From: an uncultured Chloroflexia bacterium
GTDB lineage: Bacteria > Chloroflexota > Chloroflexia > QHBQ01 > JADMIH01
Length of the DNA stretch: 64,000 bases
Direction of reading: 5' to 3'
Assembly: GCA_963797095.1 (NCBI GenBank)
Contig: CAWCNY010000005.1
Coordinates: forward strand, 448,001 to 512,000
The translations under genes were made by a program, and so were the position numbers. Shown one piece after another: positions 28,440 to 39,183 of this stretch. The notes under the pieces are model-generated. The model saw nothing but the letters and a program-made list of their open reading frames with translations. It was not told the origin of the DNA and made no database searches. Position 1 is the first letter of the stretch. Each line of letters opens with the position of its first letter.

Positions 28440-28517
28440 GTGCCCGAAGGTATATATTCTCTTGGGAGCGAGCAGGTTGGCGGCGTCACAACAGTGACTA
28501 AAAGATGATTCGTTTTA

Positions 28518-28539
28518 GCTAAGATAATTATCTTTGACA
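28518..28539 (+). repeat. 22-bp direct repeat, copy 1 (copy 2 at 32000-32021)
   Basis: GCTAAGATAATTATCTTTGACA vs GCTAAGATAATTATCCTTGACA, 21/22 identical. Confidence 0.8.
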
Positions 28540-28552
28540 GGTGGTTTACTAG

Positions 28553-31500
28553 CTAACGGGTTGAACCGCACGCAGGCGAGAATGTATTTGCCACTATCTT
28601 CGATATTTGTCCTCTAGTTGAGTTGTTCTGGGGCCGGAAGTAAGAGCCTGGGCACGGCTCGCCCTCCCCACCGCACGGGTAACCTATGATGATACTATGT
28701 AAGTAGACCCTCTCCACGTAGACCCAGAACGTGCTCGAGGGGAGCACATCATTGAAGGTTTGCTGACCGGCTGGTATATCGTCATCATATCCGGCTGCTG
28801 TGCTGTCTATTTTGGCTAGCTGTCCCCTCGTGAGGTTATTAGCAGGGCGGAAGTAAGAGCCTGGGCACGGCTCGCCCTCCCCACCGCACGGGTACCCCGA
28901 TATAGCTCCGTGCAGCGCTACCCTCTCTACGTAGACCCAGAAGGTACTGCCCGTTGGTACATCATTGAACATCTGCCGGTCGGGTGGAATAACATCTTGA
29001 TAGTTGGCCGCATTCGAGATAATCTTGGCTGCCTGCGCCCTGGTCACATTGTTGTTGGGGTGGAAAGTGCCGTCTTCATACCCCGATATTATCCCGCGAC
29101 ACGCCAGGCATTCTATGTAAGCATAGAAAGTCGACCCAGGCGGCACATCTGAGAATGAGATTGCGCAAACTGTGGGTGACATAGTGGCAGTAGCGGTCAG
29201 CACACCAGGCGTATTTGTAGGCGATAAAGATGGAGTGGTGGTAGAGGTCGGCACGACAGGTGTATTTGTCGATGACACGGTGCTGGTCGGTTCTGCGGGC
29301 GTATCCGATACAACCGGAGTGGAAGTAGGGGTAGAAGTGGCCGTTAGTACAGGCTCGGATGGGGTGGCAGTGGGAGTACTCACCGGCTGCAGGGCTATAA
29401 TCGCCACAAATGCGTCAAGGATCCCACCGGCATAATCTGCCTGAAATGCATTCTGGGCCGGGAAATCGGGTAAATCGGTTTGCCCGAAAATGTACACTTG
29501 CCCTGCCGCATCCAGCGCAATATTGCTCCCCTGCTCGGTGTATACGTTGCCCCCGTTTGTGCCTGTACCTCCCAGGAATGTGGAGAAGCGGAGCGATGAT
29601 CCTGTTGGATCAAGAATTGCCACGAATGCATCGTAATTAACTCCATTGAAGCTGTCTTGGATGGGGTCTTGCAATGGGAAGTCCGGCGAGTCTGTTCTGC
29701 CCGTAATATAGACATTGCCCTCTCCATCCAATATGATCCCCATCACCTCTTCGGTGTCGTATGAGAAGGTTACCACACCATTTCCGCCAAGATAGGTAGA
29801 ATAGAGCAACTGCTGGTCAGGCTCGGCATTGGGATCGATCTTGGCCGCGAAACCATCGCTAAGCCCTCCACCATAGGTGGTCTGGAAGGCGTCAGGTGTG
29901 ATCGGGAAATCGGATGTGCTGGCCGCCCCGCCTACGTATATAAGGCCTGTTAAATCGACAGCTATGCTCCTGGCGAGATCGTCCAGGCTACCAGCGGCAA
30001 TATTGCCGCCCATATATGTTGAGTAGATTAATTGCTGCTGCCCTGTTCGGCCTGGATCGAGCACGCTTATGAAAGCGTCAAAATTGAACGAACCTAATAC
30101 GTATCCACCACCTGTTGGCTGGAAGGCATTGTGTGTTGGAAAGTCGATCGAACTGGTGCTGCCTGTGAAATATATCTTTCCCGATGCGTCTAACGTGATA
30201 TCGACTCCGAAGTCCCAGCTTAAGCCCCCGATATATGTCGAATAGAGAAGCTCGGACCCTGAGGCGCTGAGCTTTGCCACGAACGCGTCGTATACCCCAC
30301 GCATGATGGGTTGGTAGGGGTTGACCATAGGTAAGTTGGTGGAAGCCGTTTCTCCAGCCAGATACACCTCCCCTTCAGGGTCTATGGTGAGCGCAGCATC
30401 ATCCCAATCATTGCCTCCCAGGTAGGTGGAATAGACAAGTGCTGTGCCGGTGGGATTCAATTTGGTAACGAAAGCGTCAAAATCACCACCACCATAGGTC
30501 GATTGGTAAGCGTTGTACAAGGGAAAATTGGTTGAACTTGTTGCACCGGATAAGTAAATATACCCGTCTGCGTCCAGGGCGATAGACTGTCCAATGTCAT
30601 CACCCGACCCGACATCTGGGCTGCCAGCATCATCCACCTCGCCAAGGCTGCCCCCACCCAGATAGGTGGCATATACTAGCTGCTCGTCCGGCGGCGCGTT
30701 CGGATTCAATTTGGCAACAAAAGCATCACCGTAATCTACTCCGCCATGATAGTGTAATTGATAAGCATCATTCAAAGGGAAGTCTGCTGAGGTGGTTGAG
30801 CCAACCACATAGACAAAACCATCGGCGTCTACGACCATACTATTACCTGCGACGGTCCTCTCCTGAGCGCCACCACCCAGGAAAGTCGAGTATGTGATAG
30901 TGGGGTCGATAGTTAGGGGGTAGTCCGGGTCATATGCGCCCAGTTCGAAGCCTATGCTGCCACCCGCGCTCAAACTGTAATCCACGTCAACGGGAATGCG
31001 CGCTTCACCGATCTGCTGCCATGCAACCGGCGCTTGCTCGATGAGCGTGTTACCCCCACCTTGGGCTCCCGCACCCATTACCTGCATCTGGAGGTTGCCA
31101 GCATCATCCATGCTCACCGTGCGGGTACCTTCGTAATGCCACCGGATCTGCTCTGGGTCAGCCGAGGGGGCAACTATATATGTGCCTTTCAACTGCGAAC
31201 CGGTTCCGGAATAGGTCAGGTCGATGCCCTGGTACAGGTTGGAGTAGGTAATGCCGGAATATGTAGGGAGATTGGAACGCCAGGCATTCGGGTCATTGCC
31301 CAGGAAATAGCTGACCCTGGCCGGCAGAAGATCGGCCGTTCCAATGGTCGCGCCAGGGTTTGAGCCTTCAAAGCTCAAGAATACAGGAGCGAAGTCCGTG
31401 GCTGGCCGATCTTTGCCGCCGCTATGCTGCTCCACCAACTGTGTCTCAATATTAGTAGGGTCGCCTACGCTACCGAGGGCTTCGGATGTGTCAGTGTCAT

Positions 31501-31798
31501 TGGTTGCGCCGGAGTTCGCCAATGCCAGCATTACCCTGGTGGGGGAGAAAGCCATTGTGCCTGCATTCGTATGCGCTATGAAACGTACATTGCTATCAAC
31601 TTGCCCGGCGTTTGGCTCAAAGGCAAGTTGCATCTGGCCGAAATCAAGGTTCGCTGGTCCGGCACTAGATGAGCCCTTTGGACTGTTGAACAAGCCGAGC
31701 AGAAGTGGCGCGGCTAGCAGGGAAACCAGTAACCCCACCAGCAAAATAAGCCCGAATGCATAGCTACGGCCATACTGTCTCATCACAAGAGTTGGCAT
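28553..31798 (-). CDS. Secreted SBBP beta-propeller repeat protein with Thr/Pro linker and SLH-like C-terminus
   Basis: FEPNAGQ, IDP..YSTFLGG, repeated DAFVAKL/YSTYLGG, FSDVPP...RAQAAKI, GYPCGGEGEPC. Confidence 0.88.
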   Translation of the reverse strand: MPTLVMRQYGRSYAFGLILLVGLLVSLLAAPLLLGLFNSPKGSSSAGPANLDFGQMQLAFEPNAGQVDSNVRFIAHTNAGTMAFSPTRVMLALANSGATNDTDTSEALGSVGDPTNIETQLVEQHSGGKDRPATDFAPVFLSFEGSNPGATIGTADLLPARVSYFLGNDPNAWRSNLPTYSGITYSNLYQGIDLTYSGTGSQLKGTYIVAPSADPEQIRWHYEGTRTVSMDDAGNLQMQVMGAGAQGGGNTLIEQAPVAWQQIGEARIPVDVDYSLSAGGSIGFELGAYDPDYPLTIDPTITYSTFLGGGAQERTVAGNSMVVDADGFVYVVGSTTSADFPLNDAYQLHYHGGVDYGDAFVAKLNPNAPPDEQLVYATYLGGGSLGEVDDAGSPDVGSGDDIGQSIALDADGYIYLSGATSSTNFPLYNAYQSTYGGGDFDAFVTKLNPTGTALVYSTYLGGNDWDDAALTIDPEGEVYLAGETASTNLPMVNPYQPIMRGVYDAFVAKLSASGSELLYSTYIGGLSWDFGVDITLDASGKIYFTGSTSSIDFPTHNAFQPTGGGYVLGSFNFDAFISVLDPGRTGQQQLIYSTYMGGNIAAGSLDDLARSIAVDLTGLIYVGGAASTSDFPITPDAFQTTYGGGLSDGFAAKIDPNAEPDQQLLYSTYLGGNGVVTFSYDTEEVMGIILDGEGNVYITGRTDSPDFPLQDPIQDSFNGVNYDAFVAILDPTGSSLRFSTFLGGTGTNGGNVYTEQGSNIALDAAGQVYIFGQTDLPDFPAQNAFQADYAGGILDAFVAIIALQPVSTPTATPSEPVLTATSTPTSTPVVSDTPAEPTSTVSSTNTPVVPTSTTTPSLSPTNTPGVLTATATMSPTVCAISFSDVPPGSTFYAYIECLACRGIISGYEDGTFHPNNNVTRAQAAKIISNAANYQDVIPPDRQMFNDVPTGSTFWVYVERVALHGAISGYPCGGEGEPCPGSYFRPANNLTRGQLAKIDSTAAGYDDDIPAGQQTFNDVLPSSTFWVYVERVYLHSIIIGYPCGGEGEPCPGSYFRPQNNSTRGQISKIVANTFSPACGSTR

Positions 31799-32015
31799 AG
31801 CTCTCCCTCCCTCTCGCAACGAATACTCTAACGAATACCCCGTTATGTATCAAAAAGATGCCGTGTTGGGCGAGTGGTTGGGCTGCTCACCCTCCAATTG
31901 TACACCCAAGCTCCCAGAATGCAAGTAGCCAAAGGTACACATTCTTGTCGGATATTGTACTTCAAGAGCTTCACGCAAGCCGGTAATCTGACCTGGTAGG
32001 CTAAGATAATTATCC

Positions 32016-32045
32016 TTGACAAGCGATTGACCGTTGCCCTATAAT
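32016..32045 (+). promoter_or_regulatory. Consensus sigma-70 promoter of the tRNA
   Basis: TTGACA-N18-TATAAT, 11 nt before the tRNA. Confidence 0.85.
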
Positions 32046-32056
32046 AACTTCACCAA

Positions 32057-32142
32057 GCCGAAGTGGCGGAACGGCAGACGCGCTACGTTCAGGGCGTAGT
32101 GCCCAATGGGGCGTGTGGGTTCAAATCCCACCTTCGGCACCA
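32057..32142 (+). tRNA. tRNA-Leu(CAG)
   Basis: Acceptor stem GCCGAAG/CTTCGGC, anticodon stem CTACG/CGTAG with loop TTCAGGG, long variable arm, GGTTCAAATCC, encoded CCA. Confidence 0.96.
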
Positions 32143-32170
32143 ATATGTGGAATGTCTTAATTCTACGCAC

Positions 32171-32200
32171 GAAAAAGCACCTATTGAGGGTGCTTTTTCT
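32171..32200 (+). terminator. Intrinsic terminator after the tRNA
   Basis: GAAAAAGCACC-tattgag-GGTGCTTTTTC. Confidence 0.8.
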
Positions 32201-32425
32201 GTTCCAGGTTGCAAAAAGGCTGCATTCAGTTTGAGGATGCATAGGCGACCTAAGGTATGTCCTGAAGTTTCTCAAAATCAGAGAGTCCATGGCCGTAAGC
32301 TCGTGTATAATACTCTATAGAACCTAAGTTCTACAAAATCGATCTTGGCGGTAAGATCATGGACAATACCAATAGGTTTGCTTACCCAGGCTATGTAGAT
32401 TGGAAGGATGTGTAGACTAACCTAG

Positions 32426-34265
32426 ATTTTGGTGCGAAACTCCAGGTATGGCCTCCGGTTTGCAAGCTTGGTACTGTAGACTGAGCAATGCAATCGAGGG
32501 GGGCCAACTGTACTGCGACCCTAAATCTGGTTCTTCGTCACTTTTGGTGAAGCATGCCTAACAACGTGGATCTATTGCTGGTGAGCGCCGATATACTGTC
32601 GAATCCGCGTGCCTCTGCGTCACCATGCCGGTTGTAGCATGCCCTGAAGGCTCTTGGGCCACCGCTTTGAGCGATTTGCTTCCCTGGTTCACCAAAAGTG
32701 ACGAAGAGCCGATCAGGGTCGCACTACAAACTATGCTATGTGATCGCTACAACCCGGTGGATATCTTCATTATGGTGCCACAACTGAGCCATTCTATCGA
32801 ACCGATGATCCTCAAACTCAATGACCTCCTCGATGATGATGCCATCTTCCAGTACGTCAAAGCTGACCTCTCGAAACGCTATCCGCATACAACCACTACT
32901 GGCCGTCCTTCTACTCCGGTCGAGGTCATCCTGCGTATGCTACTCATCAAGCATCTGTATGGCTGGAGCTATGCCCAAACGGAACAATGGGCCTCGGATA
33001 GCCTGGTGTTGCGTGACTTCTGCCGTATCTACTGGCAAAGCGTGCCCGATGATACCACCCTCATCCGCTGGGCATTGCTGATCCAGCCTGCTACTTTACA
33101 TCAATTGCTCGACCATGTTGTCGAATTGGCCTGCCAACTCAAAGTGACGCTTGGCCGCAAGTTACGTATCGACGGCACAGTGGTCGAAACCAACATCCAT
33201 GCATCCATGCGCCAACCGACAGTAGGTTGCTGTGCGATGGTGTGCGTGTAATCAGCCGCATCCTGGCGGCTGCGCGTGAGTGGGTGGTTGTTACCACCCA
33301 CAAGGCAAATGAGCTGTTCCGTGACCGCAGCCGCTCGGCCAAACGGCTGACAAAGCAGATCATCGACACGGTCCGTAGCCATGGCCGTGGCGATAGCCGT
33401 GGTGAGGGGCTGCCGAGACTGCCGAGCTACGTAAAGGCAGTTATGAACGCCTGCTAGAGATCGGCGAGGCGATATCGTGCCAAGCCAAAGCGGTGGACAA
33501 GTTGCTGAGGGAGCAAGCTCATGACAAGGCAGGCAGACTAGCCGCCCAGTTGGGGCAGTTTGTGCACGGATGCGAGCGGTTGTAGAGCAGACCAGGCGGC
33601 GAGTGCTGCAAGGTGAGCGGGTACCGGCGAGTGAGAAAGTGGTGAGCATCTTTGAGCCCCAGACGGCGATCATCCGTAAAGGCAAGCTGAGTAAACCAAC
33701 GGAGTATGGGCGCATGGTGTGTCTGGATGAAGTAGAAGGGGGGATCATCAGCCGCTACCAGGTACTGGCAGGCAACCCAGCCGATAGTGAGCAGGTGCTA
33801 CCGAGCTTAGAGCACCATCAGCGAGTGTTCAAGCACCCAGCCAAGCTATTGAGCGCGGACCGGGGTTGCTTTAGCGAGGCAAACGAAGCCGCGGCTGAAG
33901 CAGGGGGAGTAGAGCAGATATGCTTGCCCAAGCCAGGAGCCAAGTCAGAGGAGCGAAGGGCGTATGAACGACAACGCTGGTTTGTGAGGGGGCGCAACTG
34001 GCGAGCAGGCATCGAAGGGAGGATCCATGGGCTGAAGAAGGGGCAGAAGCTGGAGCGCTGCCTAAATCATGGCGAGGCAGGCATGGAACGCTGGGTAGGG
34101 TGGGGAGTGATCAGCCACGACCTATGGCAGATCGCCCAGGCCCAAGCAACATCCCAAGCCCAAACGGCCTAGCTAGCTACAACAAACATTGGTTGTTAAG
34201 GTGTAAAGTATTGAACGGACAAAGCAAGGGGCTTAGCGTGCCCTACGCGAGTTTCGCACCAAAAT
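32426..34265 (+). mobile_element. Insertion sequence (ISNCY/IS5-like DDE), about 1.84 kb
   Basis: Perfect terminal IRs ATTTTGGTGCGAAACTC / GAGTTTCGCACCAAAAT; flanking direct repeat CTAACCTAG (32417-32425, 34266-34274). Alternative reading: 20-bp IR with a 3-bp TSD. Confidence 0.92.
32733..34172 (+). pseudogene. Frameshifted transposase
   Basis: Fragments in different frames: GRPSTPVEVILRML...PDDTTL...RIDGTVVETNIH / EKVVSIFEP...ADRG...RAGIEGRI. Confidence 0.88.
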
Positions 34266-34690
34266 CTAACCTAGCGGAAGCGCACGGTCTGGAAAAGTTC
34301 GAAAGGGCAATATGGGTGGTCGGCAACTTAGACTTCGACGGTGGTCCACGTGGAGAATCGATCCGTCAACAATCGCTTACGGAACTGGCAAACATCAAGG
34401 ATCGATTTGTTTAGTTGGGGGACAACGCAGATTTCAACGATCCCATCATACGTAAGAGCATTGATACTCTTGCCGATCTGTCAAATCCGGCCCTGTCGAT
34501 CAAAGATAATAATGAACAGCGCTTCAGTGCTACTATCTCAGCATTGGGAACGGTAAGCTCTCTACTGCCCTATGTACCGCACAAATCATAACGGCGGATC
34601 CAAAGGTGGGGCGACAATAGTACCGCCTCTCATTTGACAGATCGTTTATAATTAGGCCACTATACACACTCTGTATGGAGGGCTTTCGTC

Positions 34691-37075
34691 GTGTCTACCA
34701 AGCTGCGCCTCACCTATACACTTGCGGTGATTGCGGTTGCACTCATCCTCAATAGCGGGTTCGCATTATTCGTTTATAGCAAACCCCTGGAAGCTGATAC
34801 CCATCCCATTTCTCCGCAGGCCCAGGAACTCGAAGCTCTTTTTAAGCCCACGGATCAACCTGCTACCCTGAACACCGTGACCCCCGATACATCGGTTGTG
34901 CGTCAACGCTTTGTCACCGCGAATCTCTCGCCCTTTGCCGATGCTGACGGCGCCGCTACCGAACGTCTACTACTGAATCTCTTTGACAACTTATCGTTGA
35001 CCGGTATCCGCGAGAGTGTCTGGCACAATACAGATGGTAGTATCGTATGGAAGGGGCATATTCAAGATATCTCCTACAGTGAGGTGTTGATCGTTGTAGG
35101 TGGCGGCTCTATAGCTGCTACTATCCGTATGCCTTCCGCGACTTACCAGATCCGCTATGCGGGCAACGACATATATTCGATCCAGCAGGTTGTCTTTCGT
35201 GGCGAAGAGAGCGAATCAGATGCCGTTGCGGTGCCTGGTAACACAAAACAGCCGACAAACCCAACCCAGATTGACCGGATTCCGTCCTCTCAAAGCCAGA
35301 ACCCTTCAACCCCTATTCAAATTGATGTGATGGTCGTCTGGACGCCCGCCGCACAAAATGCAGCAGGCGGCGCACAGCCACTTCTCAATAAGATCAATCT
35401 TAGCATAGCCGACGCCAATAACGCTTACATTAACAGCCAGATCAATATGCAAGTCCGGCTGGTGCATACGGCGGAGACATCATATACAGAATCTTCAACC
35501 ATGTTGGAAGACCTCACGAAACTCCAAAACCCAAACGACGGTTACATGGATGAGGTACATACGTTGAGGTACCAGTATGGCGCGGACCTGGTCTCACTGG
35601 TGGAATCGGAGTCCGAAACCAACATCTGTGGGCGCGGCTTTCAGCCGAATGCTCCTATCAAGCCTGAAGATGAGAGTTATGGATTCAGTGTGGTTGGTGA
35701 GGATTGTACCGGCGGCCTGACTTTAGCTCATGAAATGGGGCACAACATGGGCTCCGCTCATGATCGCGAGCAATCTGCAATTGACGGCTGCCCTGCCCAA
35801 TGCGGGTCCTACTTGTATTCCTACGGCTACCTTGACCCCGGCGGAGCCTTCATGACAGTGATGTCTTATTACCATTCTGATGCCTGCCCCCCTCCCGGCT
35901 ATTGCCAGACTATAGCATATTTCTCGAACCCCAACGTATACTACAGCGGCATGCCAACTGGAGTCGCCGATAACCAGGCCAATTCCGCCGACAATGCCCA
36001 CTCCATTGCGAATAATGCGGCGGCTGTCGCAGCCTTCCGGGGATCGGATTCGCCCCCGTCTACTCCCCGCAACCTCAGGGTAGCCGGAACCGGGAGAAAC
36101 AGCGTAACGCTGGCCTGGGACCCACCGTCAAATCCTGTGCAAACAGGATACAAGGTCTATCGCTGGAACGGCAGTACCTTTGCCTACATCGGCTCAACCC
36201 CGGCAGATACAACTCAATATGCAGACATCGGCCTACAATGTAACTCGGGTTATTCATTTCAAGTGACAGCGTACAACGGAATCGCGGAGTTGGCCCCTAC
36301 TCCCTTCATAAATGCGTCCACCGCCAGTTGCAGCAGCCCAACGGCAACCCCAACCCCTATCGTCGTGAGCACCCCCACCCCCACCGCAACGCCAATACCG
36401 CCCCGTTGCCCCGGCGAGACCTTCACAGACGTATGCCCAGGCGACTACTTCTACGAGCCGGTCCTCTCACTAAATAGCGCGGGCATAATCTCAGGTTACA
36501 ATACGTCGCCGCCCTGTGAGACACCGGCCCACATACCGTGCTTCCGACCTGCCAGCAATGTAACACGTGGACAAACGTCAAAGATAATAGCCCTCGCGGC
36601 AGGCTTCAACGAGCCTGTTACAGGTCAGACGTTCGCAGATATCCTGCCAGGTTCCACTTTTTACCAGTACATCGAACGCCTTGCCGGTCGAGGCATAATC
36701 AATGGCTATCCGTGCGGCAATCCTGAGCCATGCATTGCCCCTGGTAACAAGCCATATTTTCGCCCAAATGAGAATGTCACTAGAGGCCAGTTATCGAAGA
36801 TTGTTTCACAAAGCTTCGGCTATCAGGACACAATAAGCACGCAAACCTTCCAGGATGTGGCTGTTGGCAGCACCTTCTACGTGTATATAGAGCGACTTGC
36901 GATCCGAGAGATCATAAACGGCTACTCATGTGGAGGTGCTGGGGAGCCTTGCCTACCTCCTTATTCAAGACCATATTTCCGGCCCGCCAATCAGGTTACT
37001 CGCGGCCAAACCGCTAAAATCGTCTACAATGCGCGCCAGTTGAGCGCCTCACCATCAGAAACCGAAGGCAAATAG
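34691..37075 (+). CDS. Secreted reprolysin-like (M12) zinc metalloprotease with FN3 and SLH-like C-terminus
   Basis: HEMGHNMGSAH, Met-turn TVMSY, FSNP; FN3 PRNLRV..VTLAW; FTDV...TRGQ repeats; GYPCG. Confidence 0.88.
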   Translation: MSTKLRLTYTLAVIAVALILNSGFALFVYSKPLEADTHPISPQAQELEALFKPTDQPATLNTVTPDTSVVRQRFVTANLSPFADADGAATERLLLNLFDNLSLTGIRESVWHNTDGSIVWKGHIQDISYSEVLIVVGGGSIAATIRMPSATYQIRYAGNDIYSIQQVVFRGEESESDAVAVPGNTKQPTNPTQIDRIPSSQSQNPSTPIQIDVMVVWTPAAQNAAGGAQPLLNKINLSIADANNAYINSQINMQVRLVHTAETSYTESSTMLEDLTKLQNPNDGYMDEVHTLRYQYGADLVSLVESESETNICGRGFQPNAPIKPEDESYGFSVVGEDCTGGLTLAHEMGHNMGSAHDREQSAIDGCPAQCGSYLYSYGYLDPGGAFMTVMSYYHSDACPPPGYCQTIAYFSNPNVYYSGMPTGVADNQANSADNAHSIANNAAAVAAFRGSDSPPSTPRNLRVAGTGRNSVTLAWDPPSNPVQTGYKVYRWNGSTFAYIGSTPADTTQYADIGLQCNSGYSFQVTAYNGIAELAPTPFINASTASCSSPTATPTPIVVSTPTPTATPIPPRCPGETFTDVCPGDYFYEPVLSLNSAGIISGYNTSPPCETPAHIPCFRPASNVTRGQTSKIIALAAGFNEPVTGQTFADILPGSTFYQYIERLAGRGIINGYPCGNPEPCIAPGNKPYFRPNENVTRGQLSKIVSQSFGYQDTISTQTFQDVAVGSTFYVYIERLAIREIINGYSCGGAGEPCLPPYSRPYFRPANQVTRGQTAKIVYNARQLSASPSETEGK

Positions 37076-37082
37076 GCACGCT

Positions 37083-38204
37083 ATGAACGTCGTAATTGCT
37101 AATAGGCGACTCAGATTTACCCTATCCTGCCTCCTTTTGATGTTGTTGACGTTGTCTACTTATGCCCCGGCTTTCGCATACAAAGGCGCTTCCGGCACTG
37201 ACGTTATCGACACACCGACCATCGTCGATTATCCGGACTCTATAGCTTCCACCGGCGATTCCATCACACGAGCTTTCAATACCGGCAGCGTCCCGTTCAC
37301 CGATGCCCCCGCCAACTCCTGGTCCACGGGCACGAACACCACGGTAAACAGCCACTACCTGCGCATCCTTCAGAACAATCCACCCACCGGCGGGAATACC
37401 TACAACGACGCTGTGACCGGGGCGGTTATGGCCGACCTCAATGGGCAGATGGCGACCGCAATCGGCCAGGGCGTGCAATACGTCACCGTCCTCATGGGTG
37501 CAAACGATGCTTGCACCGACACCGAGGCCGAAATGACCCCTGTCGCCGACTATCGCGCCCAGTTCCAGGCGGCCATCGCCACCCTCAGCGCAGGCCTGCC
37601 CGATGCGCGCATCTACATATTGAGCGTGCCCAGCATCTATACCCTCTGGGAAATTCTCAAAGACAACGCATCGGCCCGCTTGATCTGGAACCTGTTCGAC
37701 ATCTGCCAGTCTATGCTCGCCAATCCCCTCTCCAAAGACCCGGCGGATGTGCAGCGGCGCGAGCGCGTGCGCCAGCGCGTGATCGACTATAACACCCAGT
37801 TGGCCGATGTGTGTGCCGTCTACATCCACTGCCGCTTCGACAACAACGCCGTCTTCAACACAGCCTTTGTGCCGAGCGACGTATCCACGCGTGACTACTT
37901 TCACCCCTCGATACCAGGGCAAGCAAAAATCGCCGGTACCACCTATACTGCAGGCTTCGACTTCAGAGACGGAGCCGCGCCTGCATCCGTGGCCGCCGTT
38001 TCCAAGGCCGGCGCTGGGTTGAGCCATGCGGTGACAATCACCGCTCGTGATAATGTGGGAGTAGCAGGGATCGAGTACAAAATCAATGGCGGCCCATACA
38101 CGCGCTATACAGGCCCGATCACACTCCCTGCCGGCAGCAGCCTCACCTACAGGGCTGTGGATGTGAATGGGACCATCGAGACGGCGCGCACAATTAGCCC
38201 GTAA
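37083..38204 (+). CDS. Secreted SGNH/GDSL hydrolase with a C-terminal Ig-like domain
   Basis: Signal peptide; GDS, GANDAC and DYFHP blocks. Confidence 0.85.
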   Translation: MNVVIANRRLRFTLSCLLLMLLTLSTYAPAFAYKGASGTDVIDTPTIVDYPDSIASTGDSITRAFNTGSVPFTDAPANSWSTGTNTTVNSHYLRILQNNPPTGGNTYNDAVTGAVMADLNGQMATAIGQGVQYVTVLMGANDACTDTEAEMTPVADYRAQFQAAIATLSAGLPDARIYILSVPSIYTLWEILKDNASARLIWNLFDICQSMLANPLSKDPADVQRRERVRQRVIDYNTQLADVCAVYIHCRFDNNAVFNTAFVPSDVSTRDYFHPSIPGQAKIAGTTYTAGFDFRDGAAPASVAAVSKAGAGLSHAVTITARDNVGVAGIEYKINGGPYTRYTGPITLPAGSSLTYRAVDVNGTIETARTISP

Positions 38205-38244
38205 CCGCTCTAATTGTCCTTAGCAAGATTAGCGCGTCGTGTGC

Positions 38245-39009
38245 CTACACTTCTATCTCGGTCACGGACTCCAGTATCTGCGTGGGCCTGTACGGAAATC
38301 GCTCCGCCTGCTCCCTGGTCGTCACACCTGTCAGCACCAGCACCGTCTCAAGGCCGCTTTCGATACCCATAACGATGTCGGTATCCATGCGGTCGCCCAC
38401 CATCACCGCGTCCTCGGAATGAGTGTCCATCGTCCGGAGGGCTGATCTCAGCATAAGAGGGTTCGGCTTGCCAACATAGTAAGGGGCTACTCCGGTAGCT
38501 CTTTCAACTAACGCTGCTACCGCGCCCGTGGCAGGCGCTATCCCACCCTCCACAGGTCCCACCGGATCGGGATTGGTGGCGATAAAGCGCGCCCCGTCCA
38601 GGATGAACCTGATCGCCTTCGTAATACGCTCGAAACTATAGATCGCTGTTTCGCCTAGCACGACATAGTCGGGAGCGTGTTCGCTCAGCACATAACCCAC
38701 GTCATGCAAGGCTGTTGTAAGCCCCGCCTCGCCGATTGCATACGCTGTGCCGTGCGGGCGCTGTGCCGATAGGAACTGCGCCGTCGCCAACGCCGACGTG
38801 TAAACCTTATCCTCAGACACATCGATCCCCATGTAGCGTAGCCTGTTTGCCAGGTCACGCGGCGTGTAGATCGAATTATTCGTGAGGACCAGGAAGCGGG
38901 TCCCGGTCTCCTGCAGTCGCTTGATGAACTCATCCGCCCCCGGCACGGCTTGCGCCCCCCGGATGATCACACCATCCATATCCATAATGTAGTGTTTGCC
39001 ACGCCCCAT
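38245..39009 (-). CDS. nagD: HAD-IIA family phosphatase (NagD-like)
   Basis: [37 protein letters not shown]. Confidence 0.9.
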   Translation of the reverse strand: MGRGKHYIMDMDGVIIRGAQAVPGADEFIKRLQETGTRFLVLTNNSIYTPRDLANRLRYMGIDVSEDKVYTSALATAQFLSAQRPHGTAYAIGEAGLTTALHDVGYVLSEHAPDYVVLGETAIYSFERITKAIRFILDGARFIATNPDPVGPVEGGIAPATGAVAALVERATGVAPYYVGKPNPLMLRSALRTMDTHSEDAVMVGDRMDTDIVMGIESGLETVLVLTGVTTREQAERFPYRPTQILESVTEIEV

Positions 39010-39102
39010 AGCCAACCACCCCCTCCGTAGTCGCAGGCTGTATCACCTGCGCACAATCAGCAGCATTATAGGCCATCAGCAGCACAGTCGCAACAAATAG
39101 TA

Positions 39103-39128
39103 GAGGCGGAACCAATTGGTTCCGCCTC
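39103..39128 (-). terminator. Hairpin downstream of the giant surface-protein gene
   Basis: Perfect palindrome GAGGCGGAACC-AATT-GGTTCCGCCTC. Confidence 0.6.
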
Positions 39129-39183
39129 ATCTTACCTTTCCGGCTAATCCAGGGTACACCCGGGATTTCCTTCAGGATTGTGC

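Noticed and set aside
28521-28534. Fur box reading of the AAGATAATTATCTT palindrome
   Set aside because: It is shorter than and differently spaced from the 19-bp Fur consensus, and no iron-uptake gene is adjacent; kept only as part of the direct-repeat finding.
32057-39100. Integrative island at the tRNA-Leu 3' end
   Set aside because: No integrase and no duplicated tRNA 3' end were found within the window.
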